Positions 27,081 through 39,950 are shown, counted from the whole stretch's first letter. The stretch is DNA of 62,500 bases, filler included, from Platydemus manokwari (GCA_037951405.1; 6 parts of 6 records of this genome joined end to end with filler, not necessarily neighbours in it), one strand, 5' to 3'. Made by a program: numbers and translations. Notes: a model not told the origin generated them from the sequence alone.

Positions 27081-28989
27081 TTGATAAAATGTCTTTTAAA
27101 AAATAATTATTAAAACAAGTGGGAATATTTTAAATAACTTATTCAATTTTTGTGAAATCAGATAATATTTTATAGATTGGTTAATTTTTTATATGACGAA
27201 CTAATAAAATAAAATAACACAATTTAAATATTATCAATTTAATATATTTCTAAATATAACTTATTAATTATAATTTAAATTGAAAAAACATTTTATTTAA
27301 TTAATTTTATAAAATAATTAATCTTGTAGTTTTTCAAGAACCTAAATTCATATCAATTAACTTTAATCAAGTATTGGACATTTGGTCATTGAATTCCCAA
27401 AAAATTGCATTGTAATATAAAAATAAGAGTTTGAAAGAACAGTTATGTAGACTAAATATTTTTTAAAAATTTATTCTAACATTAAATAATTTATTAAAGG
27501 CAATTATTCTTCAAACTCAATAAATTAAAGAAAAAAATCCATTTAAGATAAATTTAATAAATATCCTACTAGCATTTGTAGCAGTAAAGGGAAACAAAGA
27601 TTTTGTTTTAAATTACAGGCATTAATCTAATAATATTGAAGTATATTAATTATTATTAACATTATTATTAATTATTAAAACTTGATTCAAAATACAACAA
27701 CTAACGCCATAAACATATCAAACTTTTGGTTTGAGCAGATCTGACAATAATAAAATTTAGCACATATTCTCCTCACCATATTCCTATATCAAATGATTAT
27801 TCAATCTTATTTAACTACATGTGTTAATGTAATAACAAAATATCAGACTATAGGTGGATATTACAGGAATGAAACCAAAAATCACGAAAAGTAAAGAAAT
27901 GTGATAGGTCATATTTTAAATTTTGAAAATCTAAAAAGTTTATTGAAAATATTGGCCAAAATCTGAGACATCTATTTTCGGTTTGATTGCTCATCATTTT
28001 ATAAAAATTTACAATTTTTTATATATTATTTTATTTATATATTATTATTACATATTATCATTGTACCTAAAAAATTATGATAATCATTCGTACGCCTAAT
28101 TCAATCTTCACAAATATTTAGGGATACATAAATATTTCACAATAATAAAATTGTCACTCAGTTTAAAAGTAATATAAAGATACAAATAGGAATAAGGACA
28201 TACGGTGCATGTTGACAAAAAGATTGTTATTAAGGATTATGATTGCTATTCACACACATTATTAGTACGGTATTGGGTTAAGAATTATATATTGTATTTC
28301 GATTTTGTTGATAGTCTAAGATATTATTGTAATTAAACGAGAGGTGCCTCTGGAATTTTTTTGATATAAGCGAATGGATTTTCAACACAAATCACTCTCG
28401 CAAAAATATCCAACGAGAGAATTAAATCGAATAATCAGTTCTTTGACGATTATTGGCAAAAGATATTACACATTGCAAAATATATTTAGTCGGAAAAAAT
28501 TTGATACTTAGCAGAAAAAAAATATAAATTATTGAAACAAAAATAACTTATTAGTAAATTTAATATTTCTCAAATGATAAATTAAGGCATCAAAAGGATC
28601 AAGATCATTTGGTTCTATATTAAAATCCAAAAAAATAAAATTTTAGGAATTAAAGTTGCTTTCTTTCGTTCACCAATTTGTTCAATAAAATCTTTAAGTC
28701 TGAAATGTTATCTTTGTCATTTAATTCAACGATAAACTTCATAAATATACAAAAAAGAACTCAAGCTGTCTTTTGTTTTTGGTAGTTACCCATATGTTCC
28801 TACTTATGTTCCATTAATAATTCTTGATAATTCCTTACGGTTCTTTCTATAACTTGATTATATAACTTAATAAAAGTGTATTGGATACAAGGTGTTGGTC
28901 ATTTTATTAATTCATAAGTCACTTACAAAGGCGTGTGATCCACTTAAGTCATAGATTTTCAATAATTTAACGATTCGGAATCCAGGGGA

Positions 28990-29340
28990 TTTGAGTTTAT
29001 CTATCAATTTGAGGGGATATTTTCGAGCACAATATTTAAGACACAGCACGAAAATTTTAAACTACATTTAATTGAGTAAGTTTTATTATTTCCTTTTTCG
29101 TTTGCAGTGTGATTTTTATTTATTGTTCAAGCTGAAGATATTTTATGAAATGAGTAATTTTTTATTATTGTCAGAATAATTAACTGCAAACCCACGGCTG
29201 TTACTTACACTGTGGTCTTTTAAACTCTCATAAACGACTCAATCTTTGGTCCCACACTTTTATCTATTACAGAGAGGCTTGTCGGAGCACTTAGGCAGTA
29301 CATCTTTTATTTATCTTGAGTCTACTGAGCTTATACAATA
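28990..29340 (-). repeat. Dispersed repeat family F1, copy 2
   Basis: Reverse-complement match to ~2940-3290. Confidence 0.75.
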
Positions 29341-29699
29341 TAATTTCATGTTATCTCTTACAATTGTAAAATTATTTCAATTAATCAAATATATTTCATT
29401 GCTTTGTATTGATTTATTTATAATTAGTTTTTATATTTTAAATATTACTTCACAATACTCGATGATTAAATTTCCTCAACAACCTTTATCTATTGGAGTC
29501 CAGATAAGTTAAGGATTCAAAAATCTGTTGATGACAAATAATATCACAGATTTAACAGAAGCAATTAAAGAAAAAGACACAAGGAGGTGGTCCATGGACA
29601 CCTTTACAATTATTAAGTACCAAAAGAATCAAAGGCTGTGATCAGTATTTCATTAAAATGTAAAAATCAGTATGATGCAAACGCCTTTAAAACTCGACA

Positions 29700-29980
29700 A
29701 AATATTTCATAAAACACAATCTAAAATTGGCTTCCAACTTTACAATGGTATTTATACTTGAGATTTGTGTGTAATTTTTGTATCACATTTTGATTTGATA
29801 TTTTATGTCTCAATTTTCAATTGGATTTATTGATTTTCTAAACTTGGGATTCGACATTCCCTATGTGCTTGTTATTATGTAACTATGTTCCTTTTTTGAA
29901 TTATAATTTTCCTTTTAAGTCTGCTGTGATTGGTTGATTGGCATTCCTGTATGGTTGCATAGGCACACGAATGCTTATTC
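29700..29980 (-). repeat. Dispersed repeat family F2, copy 1 (partner at ~58540-58800)
   Basis: GTATTTATACTTGAGATTTGTGTGTAATTTTTGTATC..TTTTGATTTGAT..ATTTATTGATT is the reverse complement of AATCAATAAAT..ATCAAATCAAAA..GATACAGAAATTACACACGAATGTCAAATATAAATAC at ~58640-58730. Confidence 0.7.
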
Positions 29981-30299
29981 TGCCAAAATAAGGGTTCCAA
30001 GCGAAATTTCATCTTTACTCATACAATAAAATTGCCGATTTCTGACTTAATTGTTGAATTAGTATGAGTCCAACAAAATGATAATTAACCATATTCATGA
30101 TTCGAGTTCAAAAACTGATCGAATCGTTTCTTTTAGTTTGAAAATTAGCGGAGTAATACTGAGTGAAATATTTTTCACAAACGAGAACGACAAAGAGGTT
30201 ATGCTAAAATGTTAGCTATTAGGAATAAATAATGAAGCATAACATTCTCAACGTGAAACATATTTTCCTTCATTTATCGGAGGTATAGATATGATGAAT

Positions 30300-31760
30300 A
30301 TATTGGGAATTCGACTAACAAAGATCAACACAACGTTTTGTCAAATCTAAAAAGTGAATTTTCAAATGATGGCCACATTTGATAAGCAATTCAAATTCAG
30401 TTGGACATAGATAATTAGATTGATAAATTAATAAATCAATATGGTCGGATCTTTGTGGTGTATAAAATTGATTTGTGAAGAACGATGCTGATATCTCACG
30501 AGATCGACACAACTAGAAGTTCAATATCACAAAATCCGAGAAGACAGCCGGTGCATTTATAGAAGATAGTTGATTAACTTTTTCCATTTAGAAGTGATTG
30601 AGTTATGCAAGAAACCGTCGAATTAACCGCTAATTATTACCTCTGAAAGGACTGATCAATTATGTTTCAACATACTTCCGTTTGGGTTGTCTACCGCAAT
30701 ATCAGAGTTTCCAAAATTTCTGAATTCTATCGTTTATTTTGTTATTAGAAGAAATTGTTGTTAATCTCGATGACATAATAATATATAGTGAAACAATGGA
30801 CAAATATGCAGCTTTGTTAAAAGAAGTGTTTCTCAATTGAAGATAAATTCCGATAAATGTTTTCTTCAGAGACAAAAGAAAAATGAAGTGAAAACAAACA
30901 AGTCATACATATTCAAGAACACTAGTGCACATCAGAGTTAACTTAATTTTTGGATCTTAAAAATTACTAGAGAAGAATCATTGAGATCAATGAATAGACA
31001 GTACAATACGCGAGGTATTTGGAAATGATGGAGCTTTACAAAGGACCGAAACAGGTCAAAATTCTTTTATAAAATTGGGAAGAGCTTTGTATGAAGCACC
31101 CATTCTGGATTATCTTCTAGAAATCAGTCCCTTTTTGGACTTGGACGCAAGATTTTGAGCAATTCGTGAAGTGTAAAGTCAGCTTACAGAAAATGAACCG
31201 GAATTAGTGAGCGCCTTTCTATCAAACTTGCTAACGAGCCATGGAAAGGGTTACTGTGAGTCATTGAAAGAGCTTTAGCTTTATGCATTTCAGAAAAGAA
31301 ATTTGTTGTACGCACAGATCATAAAGCCTTAGTGTTCTGGGATTCAATTATAAAAACCATTTAATCCTCAGACCAAAGCAGGACAAAAGAATTCACAATT
31401 CCGCGATAAAGTTCAGAATTTTTAGAGCAAATCATAGATGTCAATGCCCATGTGCACAATGTTCAGAATAACAACAGATACTTACTTGTAATCACAGATA
31501 AGTTTAGTGAGCTTGTAAGTCTAACTACTTTCTCTATACAAGATGAACATATCATTTTTGATACAATCCTTAACTCTTAAATTTATCTTTTCATGAAACG
31601 AAAAGCATTTTAACAAATAGAGTAAATAGTTTGAAGACAAATTTATGGTAAAAGATGTCTTAAATTAGCTTGCAGTGAGCGAAACTGGTTTGAACTCTTA
31701 CCAAGAATTGAGTCTTCTATCGAGGCTACTCGATAAGATTTGACAAAATTCTCTAAAGTG
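30300..31760 (+). mobile_element. Ty3/gypsy pol relic (RT, RNase H, integrase order), heavily degraded
   Basis: RT: CFNILPFGLSTAISEF (~30660) and VNLDDIIIYSETMDKY (~30760). RNase H: KFVVRTDHKALVF (~31300). Integrase: NNRYLLVITDKFSELV (~31470). Many stops and frameshifts. Confidence 0.85.
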
Positions 31761-31837
31761 ATCCCAAAGATTACATCGTGATGGTGATGGAACAAACACC
31801 ACTTTTATTCAAAGATTGATTACCTCTCCTTAGTAAT

Positions 31838-32040
31838 ATGTTACGTTCTGATCTTATTGATTTTATTGTTTTATTGATCTTAATGTTTTTTGATACCACT
31901 TTTGTCTCAATCAGTCTCTATGAGCTCTTAATTAAGGCTACATGTGTAATCTATCTTATGTTGATGTTCCTTCACATCGCACAACCGTATTGCGTGAAGA
32001 CAATATGTGTAGCAATAGAGATATATTTTAATTAACTTAA
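31838..32040 (+). repeat. Dispersed repeat family R, possibly an LTR fragment. Other copies at ~37900-38010 (+), ~40025-40230 (-), ~41350-41420 (+).
   Basis: Core AATCAGTCTCTATGAGCTCTTAATTAAGGCTACATGTGTAATCT..TTGATGTTCCTTCAC matches the reverse complement of 40080-40160. This copy lies immediately 3' of the gypsy integrase relic. Confidence 0.75.
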
Positions 32041-32245
32041 TTATCAATCTTAAATTATTTAAACCTATCGAAAACTCGATAACAAGAGATAAGCAATACA
32101 ATATATAATATATATTAGTATTTTACACGAATGTATCTTACAGAAGGATCATCCAGTAAAATACTGGGTGTTAGTTGCAGCGACTTCGTTTGTTACTGGT
32201 GTTGCATCAAAAGAATTCATGATTAGGATTTTCACAATTTTATTA

Positions 32246-32345
32246 NNNNNNNNNNNNNNNNNNNNNNNNNNNNNNNNNNNNNNNNNNNNTTAATTAATTA
32301 ANNNNNNNNNNNNNNNNNNNNNNNNNNNNNNNNNNNNNNNNNNNN
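32246..32345. other. Assembly gap with spacer
   Basis: 100 bp N-TTAATTAATTAA-N block. Confidence 0.97.
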
Positions 32346-33081
32346 TGGAAATTCCTAGGTACAAAGTACCGAATCTCAGCATCTATATAAGCTGATGGAT
32401 TTCCATCACAATTCACTCTTTGAAATCTCGACGACTTTGTAGAGGATCAAGAATAAACAGTGAAAAATTTTTGAAAGACTAATCGAAGCTCTGATTCAAT
32501 ATAAACCAAAGTAAATAAATAAGTACTTTTCATTAATCGTAATAGCACTCTAAAGGATTCCCCTTTGGAGACATTGAATAATTTCTTTTATCAAAAATCT
32601 ATATTTAAATTTGTAAGGAGAAATAGAGGTTCTCACGATCTCGGTGAGATAACCACACCTATTTGTTTTACAATAAAATTTCTTTTCGTGTGAGATAAAC
32701 AGTGTGAGAAAATTGTTTTGTTGTATATTAATTTTTAATCTTAATAAAGTTTATTATCAATATTTGTGTGTTCTGATATAATACAAGGAAAAGGGTATTA
32801 TATAACTGCAAAGGAACTCACGCTGTTGAGTTGATTTAAACAACAAATTTAACATCTACCACAACCCAACAGATAGAACATTGTGTACGTGTTATAGTTT
32901 TCAATAGCGGATTATTTTAATTCAATTGTCTTACGTTTTGATTTGAATTAAAGATTTTATATAGTAAACCGTTGATATAGTAAATCAATAACAATTTTTA
33001 TTTATAAATTGCACTTTGATAATTGACTGATAATCGAGAGGGTTTATTTGAATTAACATCAGATCAATTTTAAGAACTCAC

Positions 33082-33307
33082 TTGTGTTGGCAGTAACAAC
33101 TTATAAGTACCAAAACACAACACGTACAAATTTTTATCAACAAAACTTAATAAAAAAATCAAATTAATAACACATAAAATAATCGAATAACAGATGGTCT
33201 ATTTATTGTATTTTTGTATTTGGATGAATTTGGAATATTCACATTAGGGTTTTGATTGAGGTTTGGAATGCCTTTTGAATTATTAGGCATTCGATGCCCT
33301 CCAGCCT
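33082..33307 (-). CDS. Candidate 5' coding exons of an unidentified gene divergent from CWC15 (exon 33307-33192 plus 18 nt microexon 33099-33082)
   Basis: TTTTGCAG acceptor at 33308, reading frame MPNNSKGIPNLNQNPNVNIPNSSKYKNTINRPS, then ATAAG|TTGTTACTGCCAACACAA|GTGAGT. Upstream donors AG|GTAACT (33377) and AG|GTAAGC (~33737). Confidence 0.4.
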
Positions 33308-34482
33308 CTGCAAAAATCTAAGGTTTTTCCCGTTCGAACTTTTTCATTTACAAATGATAAAGAGAAAGCAAAGTTACCTTTAATTTTCTTTAATTAACAT
33401 TACGAGAATTAAAACGGCAAAATCAGAATTAACAACACAAATTGAGAAGTAGTAAAAAAGAGAAAAACTCTTCAAAAATCTCTTGAAAATTGAAAGTATA
33501 ATAAGCTTTTCACTAGCAAATAATCGCTTATTACTAGACAGATAAAGACAGTTAGGAAAACACAGAAACAGGATAAAGGAGCACTCAATCATTTCAAATG
33601 ACACAAACGTTTTGCATGAAAATTTTCACTAAATAGAAATTACAAGAATTTTGACGTAAATATGGTAACTTTTATTTTTCAATTAATTTGATAATAATAC
33701 ATAAAAGGAAACTATTAATTGATTATCCTCTGCTTACCTCTTTTTTCTTCCAAAGTTGAGAAAATTTTTAGAAAAAAGTATCAGAAAAAATTTATAACAT
33801 GACACCTTGTATAATTTTATTGTATTATTTATCAATAAATAAATTTTATTGAATTGAAGTTATCAATTATAACTCAAATTTATTAAATTCACTCAACACA
33901 AAGTTCCATCAATATCGTTATTAATTATCTCTAAATAACAAAATGCAAAAAACTGTTAATGTTACAGCTTATATTCTGAATTTGCTTTCATAAATCATAG
34001 TTGTTGGAATTCACATTCTATTTTCATTGTGTAAAAATATTTGTAAAAGCGATGTAGAAATGTAATTTTAGAAAAATAAATTTGAAAAGTTATTAATTGA
34101 AATATTGTGATTTTTTATTTCCACTTGCTCTTGATTGCTAAAATAAAATAGCTAACTTTATTTTTTATAAATTATTATTTAATAACTTATTTGTTAAGAG
34201 AATTACACCTTTAATTTGCACATTTCTAATTCAAATTAAGAATTTAGTTCACTAAATATAGTTTACTAAATTAAAAATAATTTAATTATGAATTATTATA
34301 AAATAAAATATAATGAAAATCATCGTTTCCACGGTATTATGAAATAAAAATGACTTGATTATTTGGATCATAATTTTTTTTTAATTCCGTAATGTTTTTT
34401 AAATTTAGATGTCACTATAGATAAACTTGTTTAAATATTTGGTTTATTTATAAATTTTTAAAATATTATAAAGGACTAAAAT

Positions 34483-35130
34483 ATGACAACAGCTGGAAGA
34501 GCAACTTATGATACGGCCAAAGGAGGCAAAGGAAAATGGGAAAGTGATTTAAGTGCAATGTCTAGACAAATTTCTGTTCGAGATCTTCCATCTCATCAAA
34601 AAATGAAATACCGCAAAGAAGGCCAAAGTAGACCCGAAGATATCAAAGAAAGAAATCTGAAGCGAGAATTCGAAGAGAAAGAAAAATCAAAATACAAAGC
34701 AATAACAAGTGGCTATTCCGATAGGAACAGAGAGAATGATTCAACAACTAGTAAACGCTTGAAAGTTGAAAAAATTCCAAACATTGATAAAGATGATAAT
34801 CGAGAGTACGAAAGTGAATCAGATTCCGATTCTGAAGACGATGAATTAATGTTACAAGCAGAATTATTAAAAATCAAAGAAGAAAAAAATCGAGAAAAAG
34901 CTAAATTAGAAGCAGAAAAAAAAGAACGTGATGATAATATAAGATTGAAAGATCTTGCTTATGACTTTGAGCGGAAATCAAGTAATTTTAACGTCAAAAG
35001 ACGTTGGGATGATGATGTTATTTTTAAAAATTGTGCAAAGGGAGAAATTGATTGTTCAAAAAGAGGATTTATTAATGATACTTTGAGATCAGAATTCCAC
35101 AAAAAGTTTATGAATCGATACATTCAGTAA
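34483..35130 (+). CDS. CWC15: Spliceosome-associated protein CWC15 (Prp19/NTC-related), intronless, 215 aa
   Basis: N-terminal MTTAGRATYDTAKGG..SVRDLPSHQKMKYR and C-terminal FNVKRRWDDDVIFKNCAKG..FINDTLRSEFHKKFMNRYI are diagnostic. Confidence 0.97.
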   Translation: MTTAGRATYDTAKGGKGKWESDLSAMSRQISVRDLPSHQKMKYRKEGQSRPEDIKERNLKREFEEKEKSKYKAITSGYSDRNRENDSTTSKRLKVEKIPNIDKDDNREYESESDSDSEDDELMLQAELLKIKEEKNREKAKLEAEKKERDDNIRLKDLAYDFERKSSNFNVKRRWDDDVIFKNCAKGEIDCSKRGFINDTLRSEFHKKFMNRYIQ

Positions 35131-35315
35131 TTATTTTAAAATTTAATGTTAATAAAACTTTATTGTAAGCATTGATTGTTTGAATTAATATTAATATCTT
35201 TAATATTAAAATTGCGAATTTTGTTAAAGCTCAAATAAAATTTAACAATAAATGTATTTTCTATTTAATTTAAACTGTTTCCATTAAAAGTATAATTTCA
35301 TTTTTCTTAAAATTT

Positions 35316-36198
35316 TCAATTGATTTCTTTTAAAGGTAAGCTCCATTTTGCAAAACTAGAAAAAATGTTAAATTGGTTTAAAAACTAACTATTTTACTTG
35401 GGTCTTATTTTTGTTTCCATAGTATATCGATCAATATATTCTGAAATATTTGGAAATTTCAGCATATTATTTTTGACATATATTTTATCTTGCTTCTTGT
35501 ACAGATCATATTCATTAAATGTCATTGGCTTATTGTACCCGAAAGTTGAGCACCTATTCAACGGACAATCCGACTGAAACCATGTGGTTGAAGCTGGAGA
35601 AATTAATAGATTAGAATATAGTACAAATTAGAAATATTACATGGATATCGTTGAGCATAATAATCTTTGTTAGGCCGACCAAATTTCATGATTATTTTAC
35701 CAGGTAAATTGGTTGGCGGGCGTCGATACATATCGATCTCGGTAAACTTTTCTCGAGATTCACAATGATAGTGCTTACAAATACTGTCACCTTAACATTT
35801 ATCAATATTACAAAGTTTTGAAAAAAAATTACCTGGAGATGGAGATATTCCCCAATGAAAATATGCCCCTGGTCTTGAAGCCTTATAACGATCTCTTGAG
35901 TTGCAACTTGGAGAGTCTGAGGTATAATCAAAATCCACTAATCTCTTCTTGTGTTTATTATAGTCGAATTCCTTACAAGGCTCATAGTATTGAAAGAATG
36001 TATCCCTATTCTTCAATGGTAATATATCATCGAAGTAAAGAAAAATAAACTAGCTTGTTTAATATTTTTTATCTGAGTCTCGCGATAATTTGAATATGGT
36101 ATGTTAGGTGTTCTCGGTCTTTGGGTATGAACATCGTATTTCGGATCATCTATAAAGACAGGTGCTGGTTCAATTGTTAATTCAACATTGCTAGCCAT
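35316..36198 (-). CDS. Hypothetical multi-exon protein, Pro/Tyr-rich, possibly a ciliary or sperm axonemal protein. First intron boundary uncertain.
   Basis: ATG at 36198 (MASNVELTIEPAPV). Three in-phase 40-50 nt GT-AG introns give ..GISPSP|GDSICKH..FGRPNKDYYAQRYP|SSTTWFQSDCPLN..FPNISEYIDRYTMETKIRP|NFAKWSLPLKEIN*, stop at 35316. Confidence 0.75.
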
Positions 36199-37030
36199 TG
36201 TTTTAAAAATTGTACTCCGAGTTACTTTAACAACTTTATTATTTAAACACAAAATTAACAAAATATTTTGAATTTATTTTATAATTACTCAATAGTTAGA
36301 ATATGAATGAACGCACACTCCATGACAATAAAGAAGTTGAAAAGTTTAAATATTTTTACTTTAAAATTTGCGCATTAAATAATTTTGTAATAAATATTTA
36401 TATTAATTAAAATTACACTAAAGTAGCAATCAATTTATAAATGTTAATGGTACCAAAACGGCGATAATGAAAATATTGCTTGGAAAAGTTAGATGAAAGT
36501 AAAGAATTTGTTCTATGATTTAATATTAGATATATTTATAATTTTTCGAGTCACATTGGTATTTCGAATTTTGTGCAAGAGATTTTTATTTATTTGTGCT
36601 TTACCTGTAAAATTCTTAGTTCTTCAAACATGAAAGTTCCAGTTTAGAATGAAAAACAATTTGGATGAGAATACGTCATTAATGAATTGCAATCAACAAA
36701 ATGAGTAAATCACATTTACATTGTAACTTATTAAAATATCACTGTTAGATTATTAACTGACATTGAATAATGAAAATCATAATTTGAATCACAATTAATT
36801 ACAAATTCAACTAATCACCAAGTACAATTAGAAATCACAGTAAACCAACAATATATATCACTCAAGATTAAATCAGCACCAAAAGTTGATAACCACGAGG
36901 ACTTGTTGTTAGAAAAATCAAGTAAAACTCACACAGATTGAAAGTTAGCAAGCAAAAAAACTGACGAGAAATCTCACTCATTTTATGGGCTTATCATGTG
37001 TTTTCAATTGATGTTTCGTAGTTTCTCTTT

Positions 37031-37750
37031 TCATTCGATAGAGTCCTCCACAGGTAAGTCTGTAAACAAATTTCTAATGTATTTCTCGTGCCATTGGCGA
37101 ATGTTTGCTGTCATTTGTTGGTCTAGGATTTTTGAATTCTAAAAATTGATTGATATAGAAAAGGAATTTGATTGCTTTTGACTCTTATCGAATCTGTGTG
37201 CATCAACCCTTTGAGAGTTATATTTTGGTGAATGTGTGAAAGTATGCTTGATGATTACCCCACCAAAGATCTGGCTCCTAACAGATTAATAAGTTGCATG
37301 TATAAATATACGGTATAAATATAAACATTTTAATAACCACGTTTCCAATCACAATAAATATATTATAATATAAATTTCCAAATGTGTGATGTATGAGTTT
37401 GAAAGAGATAATACTGTAGTGTACTGAAATGATAAAAATCGCCGGAGAGAACTGATGGAACTCTACCGTAATTATTGAAAAAACAAGAAGTTTTGATTTG
37501 AAAGCCTAACAAATTCGAAACGTCTTTGTGGGATGGGTTTGATTAGTGCGGTGATTGATGCAAAAATGTTAGAGATAAATAATGTTTAAGATTTTGAGTT
37601 TCGATGACTGAAATTGAATTGAAAAATAAATTCTTGCCAAATTATAATTCTGTAGAGATTATTTGGATGGTGCTTGCGATGGAAATTGTTTGCTAACTTG
37701 ATGCGGTTTGAGGGAGAATGATGATACTTATAAGCACGTACTCTGATTGG
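37031..37750 (-). other. Candidate small spliced transcription unit with CCAAT and TATA boxes
   Basis: CCAATC (37745-37750) and TTATAA (37728-37733) on minus. Acceptors CTGTTAG (~37280) and TTTTTAG (37139). Terminal ORF MTANIRQWHEKYIRNLFTDLPVEDSIE (37114-37031). Confidence 0.3.
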
Positions 37751-38169
37751 ATATGGGAAAAACGAATGTTTATGGTTAACTTATTCCAATTAGTTACGAC
37801 TTTAACTTTTACTAGTCTACGTTACCTGCAAATCTGCCCTAATAATCATTCAAACTTAACTTTAAACTACTAGACTTGATTATACAGTCCACTATTTTGT
37901 TACTTCCAGTCCCTTTTGGTTTATATTATTATCAATTCTATTTGATATCACTATTGACTTAATCAGTCTCAATGAGTTCTTCATTATGCCCACAGGTGCT
38001 AATTAACTGTGATTTGTGATCCATATTTAATCAATAATCAGGATTTATTACCTCAAATGTTTATTAGTGAATATCAATGATAAAAATTGACTACTGAATA
38101 AATAATAAAATAAAAATTACAAACCGATTTCAATGCTGCAACATACCGTAAACGTTATGACAAATCTTA

Positions 38170-38665
38170 AAAATACTTACAGATAATAAACTCCACACTC
38201 AACCGATAACAATCAATTAACTTTAAGATCTCTGATCCAAAACTCGATGAAACAAATGTGTTTAAACTAATGTGTCTTACTGTTAGGTATTCCAGCAAAA
38301 GAGTGTGCCTGTATGGAATCCTGATCTTCGACAAAGAATGATCCTCTCCTGTGCTGTTCTTAATTGCAAATTGGGTCGTGACTTTGTTTATAATAATTCT
38401 CCAATAGGCACCAATCATTTTTACGTTTGTGTTTGAATTTATAATCTCAGGGAAAACTTTTCTGCGATTCAATTTATTACATTGCGGAATTTTCTCCAAT
38501 TAAATTTAATCTGCCGAATATTTTATTCACTGCCTCTATTAATTGTGCTAGATAATAGGCGAAAATTTATTTGTTAGTGCTATTGCGAGCTTATATGTTA
38601 CAGGTTATTTCTTATATTATTTTATGGATAAATTTATTATACAGGAAATTTTAATGGATTTTTCA
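38170..38665 (-). repeat. Spliced promoter-unit family, copy A (inverted, most diverged)
   Basis: Shares ATTAAATTTAAT (38499-38510), a TATAAA (38387-38392) and TTTGCTGGAATACCTAACA|GTAAGA (donor 38280) with copies B and C. Confidence 0.65.
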
Positions 38666-39159
38666 GATATTATTATTTTAATAATCAAATATTTATGAAT
38701 AATAATTATTATAAATATCATTTTAATAAACTGATTTAAATGATGATTTTCAAGAATAATATAAAAAATAAATATTGGTTAAATTCAAGCCAAAAAGAAT
38801 ATAATAAAAATTGATACAGATGGTAAATGTTCATAATACGTATCGTCATTCAGAATAATAAATGTGATATACAATATCATAAAAATTGGCACATAACGTC
38901 ATACAAATGTTGGGGTTCTGGCCCAACAAGTTACTTAAAACAATTAATCTAAATTGAAAAATATGTGAATACATCTGCATGAAAATACGTATAAAATGTG
39001 TAATTATTTTTATTGTACTAATTTTTATTTAATCAATGTGTTGTTTTTTTTTATCTTGACACTTTGGAATTTCCGAGTAAAGACCGGTTAGAAATATTGA
39101 TATTTATAATATTTATTATTTATATATCCGTAGAATAATGTCAATAAAATCACCAATAT

Positions 39160-39950
39160 CAAACCCTTCGAAATACCATAAAATAATAAATTAATTTATA
39201 AAATATCAGTACGCAATAAGATATCGCGCATTAGCAGCGACAAATAAATTGTCATCTATTTTCGAGCTGGAAAATTCTGTCGCAGAATAAAAAAATTTAC
39301 TCGATTAAATTTAATCGAGAGATATTTTCTCTTTCTAATAAATTTATTCAGAGAGAATTTTTTTCATCAGTTAATAAATTCACTGGCATTAGATTTAATC
39401 ACAGAAAATATCTGGGAGTGATTTATACGGCCTATATAAGGCAGTAATAACGATCAACATTGCCATAATTCTCGTTCACAAATTACTGCGGTTATTGTCA
39501 CTGTCCGACGTTATATGTTATATCAATTGAAGAAGACCCATCATTTAAATCTCAACTTGACGCACTGAAGAAGATCATCTGGTGCAGAAGACCAATTTTC
39601 CTGTATATGCCCGGCATTTGCTGGAAGACCCAAAGTAAGACCGTACCTGTAAAATACTGATTCATATTATATACTGTATCGTCATATTTCTTATTATAGA
39701 GCTGTGCTCTAAAAATACTCTGGTGAAGATAACATTGGTTTTACTCCGAGAGTTAGGCGTATAAATCGCTTTGCTGTAGAATTGTAAGGTTGCTTTATAC
39801 CATTTTTTATTGAATGTATAGTGTAGTTTCAAAATCAATCTGTAATTTCATTTTATTATTGTTGTTGATTGGTTTTATATTAGTGTTATATTTAATAAAC
39901 ATTTTTAATGTTAAAGTTTTAGTTATTAATCAATAGGGATCATAAAATCA
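39160..39950 (+). repeat. Spliced promoter-unit family, copy B
   Basis: CTATATAAGGCAGTAA at 39432-39447, intron GTAAGA..TATAG at 39635-39699, AATAAA at 39894-39899, end motif TAGGGATCATAAAATCAT. Confidence 0.75.

Noticed and set aside
28190-28330. Possible integrase HHCC remnant (GH...WVKNYI)
   Set aside because: Cys residues absent; insufficient evidence.
38167-38499. 110 aa minus-strand ORF
   Set aside because: Non-ATG start, runs through the promoter and intron of copy A, and is not conserved in copies B and C.
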